Shown here one piece after another: positions 21,497 through 29,929 of a DNA stretch of 64,000 bases. Each line of letters opens with the position of its first letter. Positions within the stretch are counted from its first letter, which is position 1. Source of the DNA: Alphaproteobacteria bacterium (lineage in GTDB: Bacteria > Pseudomonadota > Alphaproteobacteria > RF32 > CAG-239); NCBI GenBank assembly GCA_015062585.1, contig SUUJ01000002.1, positions 81,263 to 145,262 of the forward strand, written 5' to 3'. The translations under genes and the position numbers were made by a program. The notes beneath the pieces are model-generated. The model worked only from the letters and a program-made list of their open reading frames with translations, had not been told where the DNA came from and did no database searches.

Positions 21497-21913
21497 TTAC
21501 GCAGATTTGAGGCTATTCTCTATAGAATCCTTGAAATGTTTGAAAAAATCACCATCCTTTTCAAATAGCATAACTTTCAACATATGCAAGTGTCCCATCA
21601 TAAAACAAGCCTCAGGGTCATCAACGCTTTCTGGTGAAAATTCTTGCGCTTCACAATCCATTTGAAGGAACGAGGAAAGTGTCTTTCCATCAAAAGTATT
21701 TGTTAAAACACCTTCTTTGGATAATTTTTCACTTACTCTCTTCAATAGAGAAGCTTTTTCATCAAAATCACCCATAAAAATAGGTGCTTTACCTTTAACT
21801 TCTCCTTGCTCGCTTACCAAATAGATGAATGACTTAAGAGTGCCATCTTTTACGTTGATACCTTTCTTTTCAAGATTTAGAAAAACTTTTTGTTGTTGTT
21901 GTTGTGTTGTCAT
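21497..21913 (-). CDS. Hypothetical protein (poly-Gln N-terminus)
   Basis: 138 aa, MTTQQQQQKVFLNL... No recognised domain. Confidence 0.4.
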   Translation of the reverse strand: MTTQQQQQKVFLNLEKKGINVKDGTLKSFIYLVSEQGEVKGKAPIFMGDFDEKASLLKRVSEKLSKEGVLTNTFDGKTLSSFLQMDCEAQEFSPESVDDPEACFMMGHLHMLKVMLFEKDGDFFKHFKDSIENSLKSA

Positions 21914-21949
21914 AATGCTTTTATTTTTTATTGTTAGTGTTTCTTGTTA

Positions 21950-22503
21950 ATTAGTTATCAAAGATAAACTTCCACTAGCTTACGCAAGCGGAATTAACCA
22001 TCCCGAACTTCGTTCGTCCAGCCTTAAAGCTTCGCAAGCCTAATGGCTGGGTTGGATTGTCTACATCTACTTGCTTACGCAGGTAGTGTTACATACGAAG
22101 CATAAAAAATATTATTCTGTCACAAATTAACGCAAACATTAACAAAGTAAACGCAAAAAGCAAAAACTTATGAAAACGAAATACATAATAAGGACAGAAT
22201 AATATTTTATGATAAGTATATTATACCATGTTTACCCTCCCTGGTCAAGAGATGTAACTTTTTGAAAAACAAGGATAAAATAAAAAATAGCTGTCATAAC
22301 TTGAGCGAATGAAATAAAATAAAATAAAATGTCATTCCTCGCTCGGCGCTTTTGCGTCCGTGCGTCAAGGAATCTCATCTTTGCGCCAGCTACTAATTAA
22401 AGAAAAAAATTGAAGATCCCTTGACCTCACTTCGTTCGGAGGGATGACAGCTTAAATTTATGTAATGCCTTGAGTGAGGATATGAGGGAGACTAGGCATT
22501 TTC
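21950..22503. repeat. Intergenic repeat desert with several short palindromic repeat elements of the same family as at 62.5-63.5 kb
   Basis: Copies at 22322-22390 (AAATAAAATGTCATTCCTCGCTCGGCGCTTTTGCG...) and 22412-22503 (GAAGATCCC...GGGATGAC...ATGTAATGCCTTGAG...AGACTAGGCAT). A 14-bp inverted repeat, AATATTATTCTGTC / GACAGAATAATATT, lies at 22108-22121 and 22193-22206. Confidence 0.75.
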
Positions 22504-22506
22504 TGC

Positions 22507-23070
22507 TTAGCTTAATTTAATTTCTTCTAAAACACAGTCAAAACTCTCGTCTTTTGGTGAACAGGCATAAGCCCCGACCTCAACCGGCTGTTTTATTTCA
22601 GAATGATTTACAACGCGTATCTGCGCATATTTTTCATCATCTAACGCGTAATATACTACAAAATTTGATTCTCTGCGTTTTACTCTGAAGTTGATAGTTT
22701 TTATATCATCACTTAATGAAACGGTTGACCAATCACAATAACCGTTATTAGCAACAACAACTCCCAATTGTACGATGCCTGCTCCCATTGGCAAAAGTCC
22801 TGCTTTTATCCAATTTTTGCTGTCATATCGGATCATAACTCCACATTGAGCCGAATCAACAGTCTTTTCAAAAGACCATTTTGCATCGACGACAAAATTA
22901 TCGTTTTTATTACAAGCAAAAAAATGCCCATCTTCTTTTGATATGCCAAAAAGACTGTTTTGCCAAAAATCAGTATGAGGTTTGGTGGTAATAAGCAAGC
23001 CTTTTTCAATAAATTCAACATTTTTAGGCTCGTTAATCCAATCAAAATTTCTTATTTCTTCCAGTAACAT
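22507..23070 (-). CDS. DUF1349-like (concanavalin-fold) protein
   Basis: 187 aa, [20 protein letters not shown]... Resembles the DUF1349 / 3-keto-disaccharide hydrolase-like family. Its start overlaps the cbpA-like stop (TAATG). Confidence 0.5.
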   Translation of the reverse strand: MLLEEIRNFDWINEPKNVEFIEKGLLITTKPHTDFWQNSLFGISKEDGHFFACNKNDNFVVDAKWSFEKTVDSAQCGVMIRYDSKNWIKAGLLPMGAGIVQLGVVVANNGYCDWSTVSLSDDIKTINFRVKRRESNFVVYYALDDEKYAQIRVVNHSEIKQPVEVGAYACSPKDESFDCVLEEIKLS

Positions 23071-24014
23071 TAAAAAGTCCTAATATTTTCATCCGGCATA
23101 TTTTTTAACAAATTTTCTAACTCTGAATTTTTTTCTTTCGGCATAATTACATTCAAAATCACAATTTGGTCGCCACCTTTAACACCTTTGCCTTTCAGAC
23201 GCAATTTATCGCCGGTTGAGGCATAAGCAGGAATATTTAAGGCAACTTTGCCCGAAATTGTCGGAACGGTAACCTTAGCCCCTAGGATAGCTTCTTTTAA
23301 TGAAATGGGCAATTCCACGGAAATATTTTTGCCGTCCAAAGTAAAATAGGGATGTTTTTCGACATTAAGAGTAATCAAAACATCACCGTTTGCACCGCCG
23401 TTAAAACCTTGTTCCCCAAGTCCTTTAAGGCGTAAAGTTTGTCCGTCGACCGTACCTTGCGGTATCTTTACATTGATATTTTTGCCGTTGATATTTACGG
23501 TTTTGCTATCACCATTAGCTGCCGATAAAAAATCGATTTTCATAGTATAGTTAATATCATTACCCTTGCGCGAACGCATTGGTTGAGCACCGCCGAAACC
23601 ATTACCGAAAGGCGAAGAAGAGCCACCGGCAAATTTTGAAAAAATATCACTTCCGAAAATATCCGAAAAATCGAATGAGGCACCGTTTCCAAAACCGCCG
23701 GAACTGTATGACTGGTAGCCCCCGCCAAACGGATTTCCGTTACCGAAAGGATTGCCTCCGCCAAATCCCCCGGCGCCAAAACCGGTAGGTTTCCCGTCTG
23801 CATCGATTTCTTTATTGTCATATTTTTTGCGTTTTTCTTTGTCACCCAAAATATCATAAGCGCAAGAAATTTCCTTAAATTTCTCGGCAGCCTCTTTATT
23901 ATCTTTGTTCAAATCCGGATGATATTTACGCGCAAGTTTACGATATGCCGACTTTATCTCATTTTCCGTAGAGTTTTTAGACACACCCAAAATATTGTAC
24001 AAATCTTTTGTCAT
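23070..24014 (-). CDS. CbpA-like J-domain co-chaperone (DnaJ class lacking the zinc finger)
   Basis: J domain ([35 protein letters not shown]), Gly/Phe-rich linker and DnaJ C-terminal domains. No CxxCxGxG repeats. Confidence 0.8.
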   Translation of the reverse strand: MTKDLYNILGVSKNSTENEIKSAYRKLARKYHPDLNKDNKEAAEKFKEISCAYDILGDKEKRKKYDNKEIDADGKPTGFGAGGFGGGNPFGNGNPFGGGYQSYSSGGFGNGASFDFSDIFGSDIFSKFAGGSSSPFGNGFGGAQPMRSRKGNDINYTMKIDFLSAANGDSKTVNINGKNINVKIPQGTVDGQTLRLKGLGEQGFNGGANGDVLITLNVEKHPYFTLDGKNISVELPISLKEAILGAKVTVPTISGKVALNIPAYASTGDKLRLKGKGVKGGDQIVILNVIMPKEKNSELENLLKNMPDENIRTF

Positions 24015-24046
24015 GGTAACCTGAAAATAAATTTATCTTTTATAGA

Positions 24047-24076
24047 TATATAAGCAAACAAACCGGTCTTTGCAAG
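24047..24076 (-). promoter_or_regulatory. Candidate sigma32-type promoter of the cbpA-like gene
   Basis: Minus strand: CTTGCAA, then 15 nt, then CTTATATA, just upstream of the ATG at 24014. Confidence 0.35.
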
Positions 24077-24082
24077 TTTATT

Positions 24083-24364
24083 TTAGTCGCAAACAAAGGT
24101 TGCGTGACGGCGTTTATCAGGCTTGGTTGTAATTTTGTGCAACAATGCTCGTCTTTTGTTTGCCTTATCAAAACAATATACCGCTGCCAGTCCGGCAACT
24201 TCGTCAATGCGAACATTTGTATATTCGTAAATAACATGCGATGACGCTTCTTCTACCACATTAACATTTACCGCCAAGCGATTATATTCGGGCCAAACAT
24301 ACTCTTTATCGCCAAAATGACAAGCGCTCAACAGTAATATTGCGCCAAAAACCAATTTTTTCAT
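24083..24364 (-). CDS. Small lipoprotein
   Basis: MKKLVFGAILLLSAC with lipobox LSAC. The ORF track's TTG start is replaced by the ATG at 24364. Confidence 0.5.
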   Translation of the reverse strand: MKKLVFGAILLLSACHFGDKEYVWPEYNRLAVNVNVVEEASSHVIYEYTNVRIDEVAGLAAVYCFDKANKRRALLHKITTKPDKRRHATFVCD

Positions 24365-24534
24365 CAAATTTTCTCCTGTACTTTAGCTTGTTTTCCTTTT
24401 ATCGCTTTGTCATTTACAACAACCGGTTCCGACAAACCTTTAACCTGTTGACCGCCTTTAGCTTTAATCACTTTTGCTCGCATATTGTTGATGCTGGTAT
24501 GAAACTTTGCAAATTTGTCGTCCATATTGTCCAT
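24364..24534 (-). CDS. Unlisted small basic ORF (56 aa), translationally coupled to the lipoprotein gene
   Basis: MDNMDDKFAKFHTSINNMRAKVIKAKGGQQVKGLSEPVVVNDKAIKGKQAKVQEKI. GAGG-type RBS 7 nt upstream. Its TGA overlaps the lipoprotein ATG (TGATG). Shorter than the ORF-track cutoff. Confidence 0.3.
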   Translation of the reverse strand: MDNMDDKFAKFHTSINNMRAKVIKAKGGQQVKGLSEPVVVNDKAIKGKQAKVQEKI

Positions 24535-24597
24535 AGTGCCCTCGCAAAAATAAACTTATCAGTAATTTTATACTACAATCAAACTGTTAAATATTGT

Positions 24598-24900
24598 TTA
24601 ATCAAGCTCGTTATAAATATCTTTGCCGGCTTTTATCAGAATTTTATAAACTTTTTCGTTTGTAGAATTTTTTGAGCGATTGTTTGAGAGTTTGCTCATC
24701 ATACGATTCAATTTTTGTTTAAATCTTTCATTTTCACGCAAAGCAGCCAATTCAGACAAATTTTCTTCATCATTTATCTTAAAATCGGTCACGGCTTTCA
24801 GTGTTGCAATATAAGAAGCTTCTTTTTGTGCGGCAAATTGCGCATAAGCAGTACCGGTATTAAGTAACAGGGCAAAAAACAGAATATGTAATATTTTCAT
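24598..24900 (-). CDS. Small secreted hypothetical protein
   Basis: 100 aa with signal peptide MKILHILFFALLLNTGTAYA. Confidence 0.45.
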   Translation of the reverse strand: MKILHILFFALLLNTGTAYAQFAAQKEASYIATLKAVTDFKINDEENLSELAALRENERFKQKLNRMMSKLSNNRSKNSTNEKVYKILIKAGKDIYNELD

Positions 24901-25001
24901 TTATAAACCACTCTTTCAATAAAAGGTTGTTTTAATGGATATAATATTTATACTACAAATAATCGATTCTAAAGACTATTGATTTTTGAAAGTTATCAAA
25001 T

Positions 25002-25985
25002 ATGAAAAAAACACTATGGGTTTTGCTTGATGACAGAAGAGGAAGTGTCGGACAAGCAAAAGGAATTATAGAAGCTTTGGGCGATAGCATAAACATCGTA
25101 GAAAAACAGCTTGTATACAACAAATTTGCATCTTTACCAAACTGGATAAGAGGCCGTACACTCATAGGTGTTGATACTAAAAAATCTGATAACATAGATT
25201 CTTTATATCCCGATATGATATTGTCCACTTCGCGCCGTACTTTATCAGTAGCTCGACATATCAGAAAAAAATCAAAAAACACATCAAAAATCGTTCAACT
25301 TATGTACCCAAGCGAGGGTATCGGACTTAAAGATATAGAATTTTTTGTCGTACCCACACACGATTCCATAGCTAAGCAAAAGCATAAAAAAGCTTTTGTT
25401 ATTACCGGTGCTCCTACCAGAATTTTTGAAGAAAAAATACAGACAACAGCCAAAGAATGGGAACCTGTTTTTTCATCACTTCCAAGACCTTGGATATCGG
25501 TAATTATCGGTGGAGCTATCAAAGGCAAACCCTGGCCTTTGGCTGAAGCGCAAAACCTATTGAATAATATAAAAAACATTCATCAAAAAATCGGCGGTTC
25601 AATTTTAATAACTACTTCACGGCGAACCGGCGATGAACCGCAAAAATTGATTATGGACGGAATTAAGGATATTCCTCAATACACTTATGTTTGGGGCGAG
25701 AAAAAAGAAAATCCGATAATGGGTTTTTATGCATGTGCTGATATTATAATTGCAACCGGCGATTCTGTTTCTATGTGTTGCGAGGCTTGCGGAACCGGAC
25801 ATCCGGTGTTATTGTACAAAGGCATTGGTTGGTTACCTAAAAAGCACACTCGTTTTGTAAACTCGCTGATTGAACAAGGCTATGCTCAAGATATTACATC
25901 GGCGGATGCTCTGAATTTTAAGCCGGGCAAGACTTTAAATCCGTCTATTCAAATAGCCGAAAAGATATTGCAAACACTGAAATAA
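25002..25985 (+). CDS. ELM1/DUF1022 family (mitochondrial-fission ELM1-like, glycosyltransferase-like) protein
   Basis: 327 aa. The N-terminus LLDDRRGSVGQAKGIIEALG matches the conserved start of the alphaproteobacterial ELM1 family. Confidence 0.65.
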   Translation: MKKTLWVLLDDRRGSVGQAKGIIEALGDSINIVEKQLVYNKFASLPNWIRGRTLIGVDTKKSDNIDSLYPDMILSTSRRTLSVARHIRKKSKNTSKIVQLMYPSEGIGLKDIEFFVVPTHDSIAKQKHKKAFVITGAPTRIFEEKIQTTAKEWEPVFSSLPRPWISVIIGGAIKGKPWPLAEAQNLLNNIKNIHQKIGGSILITTSRRTGDEPQKLIMDGIKDIPQYTYVWGEKKENPIMGFYACADIIIATGDSVSMCCEACGTGHPVLLYKGIGWLPKKHTRFVNSLIEQGYAQDITSADALNFKPGKTLNPSIQIAEKILQTLK

Positions 25986-26004
25986 TGATTTTTGCCGGAA
26001 ATAA

Positions 26005-26778
26005 CTAGAAAAATTCGCTTATTTCTTCATCAATATTGCCATTTGTCAAAGATTTTACGGGATCTTCTCTTCGAACAGCTACGCATTTTTGGAACATTCG
26101 GCCAAAATAGGTTGTTTTTCGCCAAGAATATTGGCTTCTTATTTCAGGATCTACATAAGAACTGATGTCTCTATCCCACAAGCGCTCAACAAAAGGATGA
26201 TGCAAGCGATTATACATTCTTACTACATAGCGCAATGGGTGATAATATAAAGGATTGTGCCAATCAACAAAAATAACTTTTCCGCCCTTTTTTACCATAT
26301 TTAAGGCGTTGTTTATCAGTTTTCTTTTAGACGCCGAAGGCATTTGTGACAGTAGCATAAAGCAAACAACGGCATCGTACAAATATTTTGACTTAACCGT
26401 TCGAACATCCTGCTGATAAAAATTAACCCCCTTAAAAGAAGATGAGTAAGTGTTTCTTGCTCTTTTTATTTCGTTATAACAAACATCAAGGATATCATAT
26501 TGGGTATAAGCTCCCACAGTAAGAGCAGTTTCTTCTATTTGGTTTCCGAAAGTAATACCAAGCTGTAAAATATTGTCTCTTAACTTTAATTCTTTATTTA
26601 AGGAACGAACTAAAGTGCCATATTGAAAAAAAGTACGCCAATTACAGGCAAAAAGGTTATTTTCTTTTTTGCATTTTTCAGGATTATTATATATGTCACC
26701 ATATATAAAATCCAAATAAGGAGGTAATTTTTTATTCTTTTTGTTAATATTCATTTTCTCTCTCTTGCAATATTTCAA
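26005..26778 (-). CDS. Class I SAM-dependent methyltransferase
   Basis: 257 aa with a Methyltransf_11-like core (ILQLGITFG ... KKGGKVIFVDW). Confidence 0.65.
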   Translation of the reverse strand: MKYCKREKMNINKKNKKLPPYLDFIYGDIYNNPEKCKKENNLFACNWRTFFQYGTLVRSLNKELKLRDNILQLGITFGNQIEETALTVGAYTQYDILDVCYNEIKRARNTYSSSFKGVNFYQQDVRTVKSKYLYDAVVCFMLLSQMPSASKRKLINNALNMVKKGGKVIFVDWHNPLYYHPLRYVVRMYNRLHHPFVERLWDRDISSYVDPEIRSQYSWRKTTYFGRMFQKCVAVRREDPVKSLTNGNIDEEISEFF

Positions 26779-27088
26779 TAACCTTTAAAATGCTTTTTTG
26801 ATAACAATCTTTACTTTCGCTTATAAGTTGACCGACCTTAGTTTTTCTGTTGTTAATCAAATTATCTTCAATCTTCGTACATATTTTGGAAAAATCTTCC
26901 ATTCCGAAAACAAGGCTGCTTGATCGCCAACAGTGAAAAATGCGGCTTTTTTCCTTGTCGGAAACATTATGCATCACATCCCAAGATTTATTTGATTGTG
27001 CCAAATAATCTTTAAGCAAACCTTGCATTTTGCTTTTTCCGAAAATGTTTAAATATTCACAAAGTTGTTTTTGATTTATATTAGTCAT
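26744..27088 (-). CDS. Putative Hpt (histidine phosphotransfer)-like protein
   Basis: 114-aa helical protein. The H-x-x-R-S-S-S-L-V-F-G pattern around IFHCWRSSSLVFGM resembles the Hpt HxxKGxxxxxG motif. Overlaps the response-regulator gene by 4 nt. Weak call. Confidence 0.35.
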   Translation of the reverse strand: MTNINQKQLCEYLNIFGKSKMQGLLKDYLAQSNKSWDVMHNVSDKEKSRIFHCWRSSSLVFGMEDFSKICTKIEDNLINNRKTKVGQLISESKDCYQKSILKVIEILQERENEY

Positions 27089-27756
27089 GATTTTTTCAAT
27101 AATCCCAAAGTTGTTGCCTGAGCTACTGCTCCGGTTCGGTTATATACATTAAGTAGTTTCAAAATGGCGGTAACATGCAATTTTACAGTACCCTCGGTAA
27201 GACCTAATTCATAAGCTATTTGTTTGTTTGATTTTCCTTCAGCAATTAATTTTAAAACATCAAGTTGTCTTGGAGAAAGAATTCTGATTTTTTCACTTAA
27301 ATCAGCATTATGATTTAATTCGTCAATCTTTTTCAAGTCATCAAGACTTGATTCGGTTGAGCTTTTTAACAGCTCGGGCGGAATATATACGCCACCGGAC
27401 AAAACAAGGTTTACGGCTGACAAAATAACGGCATTAGACGATGTTTTCGGAATGTATCCGGCAGCCCCCAAATCCAAAGTTTTTTGTACAATCTCTTTTT
27501 CAAACACGGCTGACAAAATGATAATAGGTGTTTCAGGAAGCTTATCGTGAATTTCTTTTAAAGCATCAAGCCAAATACCTCCCGGCATTGCCAAATCGGT
27601 TAAAATCAGGTCAAATCCCGATTCATTTTTAACAACATCCAAAAGCTCAATATAGTTTTTTGCTTTTATCAGTTCGGCAGATGGATTAAAATCAGTTAAA
27701 ATAATTTCCAAACCTTTTAAAAAAAGCTCATGATCATCAGCTATGAGTATTTTCAT
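27085..27756 (-). CDS. NarL/FixJ-family response regulator (REC + LuxR HTH)
   Basis: Start reassigned to MKILIADDHELF behind AAGGAG. Phospho-acceptor D in LILTDLAMPG. C-terminal LuxR HTH (LSPRQLDVLKLIAEGKSNKQIAYELGLTEGTVKLH). Confidence 0.85.
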   Translation of the reverse strand: MKILIADDHELFLKGLEIILTDFNPSAELIKAKNYIELLDVVKNESGFDLILTDLAMPGGIWLDALKEIHDKLPETPIIILSAVFEKEIVQKTLDLGAAGYIPKTSSNAVILSAVNLVLSGGVYIPPELLKSSTESSLDDLKKIDELNHNADLSEKIRILSPRQLDVLKLIAEGKSNKQIAYELGLTEGTVKLHVTAILKLLNVYNRTGAVAQATTLGLLKKS

Positions 27757-27770
27757 ATTTACACTCCTTA

Positions 27771-28505
27771 TCAGTTCCAATCACCTTTAACCGCTTGCCA
27801 AACAGCCAATGCCGATACAACCGCTGTTTCTGCTCGCAAGATTCTGGGGCCTAAGCTCACATTTTTAACAAACGGAAAACTCGCTATAAACCTTGCCTCT
27901 TCGTCACTAAAGCCGCCCTCAGGCCCGACCAACAAAGCAACGGATTTATTTTTACATTCGTTAAAAACCGTTACAATATTATCTGTTGCTCTACGCTCGT
28001 TCATAAAAAACAATGTTCTTTTACTATCCCAATCAGCTAAAACATCTTTTAATTTTTTTGCTGTTTCAATTTGCGGAATACTGAGTCTTTCACATTGTTC
28101 GGCAGCTTCGATTGACTGAACAACAAATCTTTCTGTTTTAACTTTATCACAGTTTGTAAAATGAGTAATAACCGGTATTATTTTACTAACACCTAATTCT
28201 GTTGATTTTTCAATAACAAAATCTGTATTATCTTTTTTTAATGGCGCAAACAACAGCCATACATCTGCTTCATTATTGGGGCATCTTGTTTGTTTTTGAG
28301 GCTGAATAATTGTGCATTTTTTATCGATTTTTACTATTGTGGCACAAAATTCGCCGTCTTTTTCGTTAAAACACACAATATTATCACCAGTTTTACAACG
28401 CATAACATTACACAAATAATGCGATTTATCCGAAGGGAGATTAACATCCCTGGCAACAGCGAGATTATCTTTTATGTAAATTCTTATGCTTTTTTGTGTT
28501 GTCAT
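27771..28505 (-). CDS. rsmE: 16S rRNA (uracil1498-N3)-methyltransferase
   Basis: 244 aa with the PUA-like N-terminus and GPEGGFSDEE motif. Confidence 0.8.
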   Translation of the reverse strand: MTTQKSIRIYIKDNLAVARDVNLPSDKSHYLCNVMRCKTGDNIVCFNEKDGEFCATIVKIDKKCTIIQPQKQTRCPNNEADVWLLFAPLKKDNTDFVIEKSTELGVSKIIPVITHFTNCDKVKTERFVVQSIEAAEQCERLSIPQIETAKKLKDVLADWDSKRTLFFMNERRATDNIVTVFNECKNKSVALLVGPEGGFSDEEARFIASFPFVKNVSLGPRILRAETAVVSALAVWQAVKGDWN

Positions 28506-28990
28506 TTCAATTTCACTACCAACATTCTTGATTTTTCAATTTCGTTTGTCGCAGTATTTTTATAATCAAAATACACAAAAGAAGTAACTCGTTTTGTCAG
28601 TTCGTAAGTTATCTTTTTTACGCCGTCAGTTGTTTCTTCCGAATTGTGCGTCAAAGCCGAAGAGCTGACTTTGGTTTCCCAAATGTAGCCATCTTCTTCC
28701 TCTTCAATGGATACAACAACACGATCTCGGTATTTTAAGTATACTGTTGCCTGAGTTGAACCGGTTAAATCTGCCGTTACCGTTTCAGGCTTCATTGTAT
28801 GTTGCTCAAGAGCTCTTTCCGAAGAACCGGCGCTTCTGGTTGCGGCGATAGCATTTGGATTGGTAGAAGCTCTGTTATCGTTGGCTACATTTCTGAATGA
28901 CAAAGCTTTAGACGCTTTCAATTTTACGAAAGCTTCTGCATTAAAAGCTAAAAGAAGAGAACAACAAAAAAACAATATTCTTAATATCAT
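28502..28990 (-). CDS. Secreted hypothetical protein
   Basis: Start at MILRILFFCCSLLLAFNAEA behind GGAGG. Overlaps the rsmE start by 4 nt. Confidence 0.45.
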   Translation of the reverse strand: MILRILFFCCSLLLAFNAEAFVKLKASKALSFRNVANDNRASTNPNAIAATRSAGSSERALEQHTMKPETVTADLTGSTQATVYLKYRDRVVVSIEEEEDGYIWETKVSSSALTHNSEETTDGVKKITYELTKRVTSFVYFDYKNTATNEIEKSRMLVVKLK

Positions 28991-29119
28991 GTTACCTCCA
29001 AAGAAACTAAAATGTGTGCACATATTTCACATAACATCTTCCAATATTTATTATATCGTTTATTTTTAACATAAGAAAGTGAATATTTGGTTACGAAATA
29101 AAATTTTAGGAAATTTTTT

Positions 29120-29776
29120 ATGATTATCACAATAGACGGTCCTGCTGCCGCCGGAAAAGGCACTCTTTCATCTAAATTGGCGCAAAAATACAATTTGGCA
29201 TATTTTGATACCGGTATGATTTATCGGGCGGTGGGCGTAGATTTGATAACCAAAGGTGTTAATCCCGACGATGAAACTCAGGCATTGGCTTCGGCGCAGA
29301 GTATGACCTTTTCTAAAATGATGGATTTGTCAAAGCACACTGATTTTCGTTCCAATTTAGGAGGGCAGGCCGCTTCTAAAGTAGCTTCTCAAACACCGGT
29401 ACGCCATGCCTTGCTTAAAATGCAGCAAGATTTTGCTCTTAATCCGCAATTTGAAAACGGCCAAAAAGCAGACGGTGTTGTTTATGACGGCAGAGATACC
29501 GGAACAGTCGTTTGTCCTAATGCAGATGTAAAAATTTTTATTACAGCATCTCCGGAAGTAAGAGCCATGCGCCGTCACAAAGAATTTATCGAAAAAGGGT
29601 TAGATTCTGATTATGAAGAAGTTTTAGCTCAAACCAAAGAAAGAGATTTAAGAGATTCTACCAGAGCCACTGCTCCGCTAAAGCCTGCCGACGATGCAAT
29701 TATCATCGATACATCAAATTTGGCTATTGAAGAAGTGTTTAATAAAGTTTGTGCGATAATTGATAGCAAAATATAG
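29120..29776 (+). CDS. cmk: Cytidylate kinase
   Basis: MIITIDGPAAAGKGTLSSKLAQ... P-loop. cmk-rpsA synteny. Confidence 0.9.
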   Translation: MIITIDGPAAAGKGTLSSKLAQKYNLAYFDTGMIYRAVGVDLITKGVNPDDETQALASAQSMTFSKMMDLSKHTDFRSNLGGQAASKVASQTPVRHALLKMQQDFALNPQFENGQKADGVVYDGRDTGTVVCPNADVKIFITASPEVRAMRRHKEFIEKGLDSDYEEVLAQTKERDLRDSTRATAPLKPADDAIIIDTSNLAIEEVFNKVCAIIDSKI

Positions 29777-29929
29777 CAAATTTTACTTGAAAAATAAATA
29801 TTTATGTGTATAAATAGGCACACTTGAGCAAGTGTGGTGCGCAACCTTGCCTTGTATTTAACCTCGCACAAGTCCGCCGAAACTTTATTTTTTTATCGGG
29901 TCTGGCATTTTATTGAAATATTTAATTTT

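Noticed and set aside
22100-22320. Possible ncRNA (tmRNA/SRP/RNase P) in the long non-coding gap after the hypothetical gene.
   Set aside because: None of the conserved motifs (SRP domain IV, RNase P P4 GGAAAGUCCGG, tmRNA tag-reading frame) could be recognised by eye. The region is better explained by the repeat family.
29819-29836. Hairpin CACACTTG-AGC-CAAGTGTG between cmk and rpsA as a regulatory element.
   Set aside because: Short stem with no T-tract and no obvious relation to known S1 autoregulatory structures. It cannot be supported beyond noting it.
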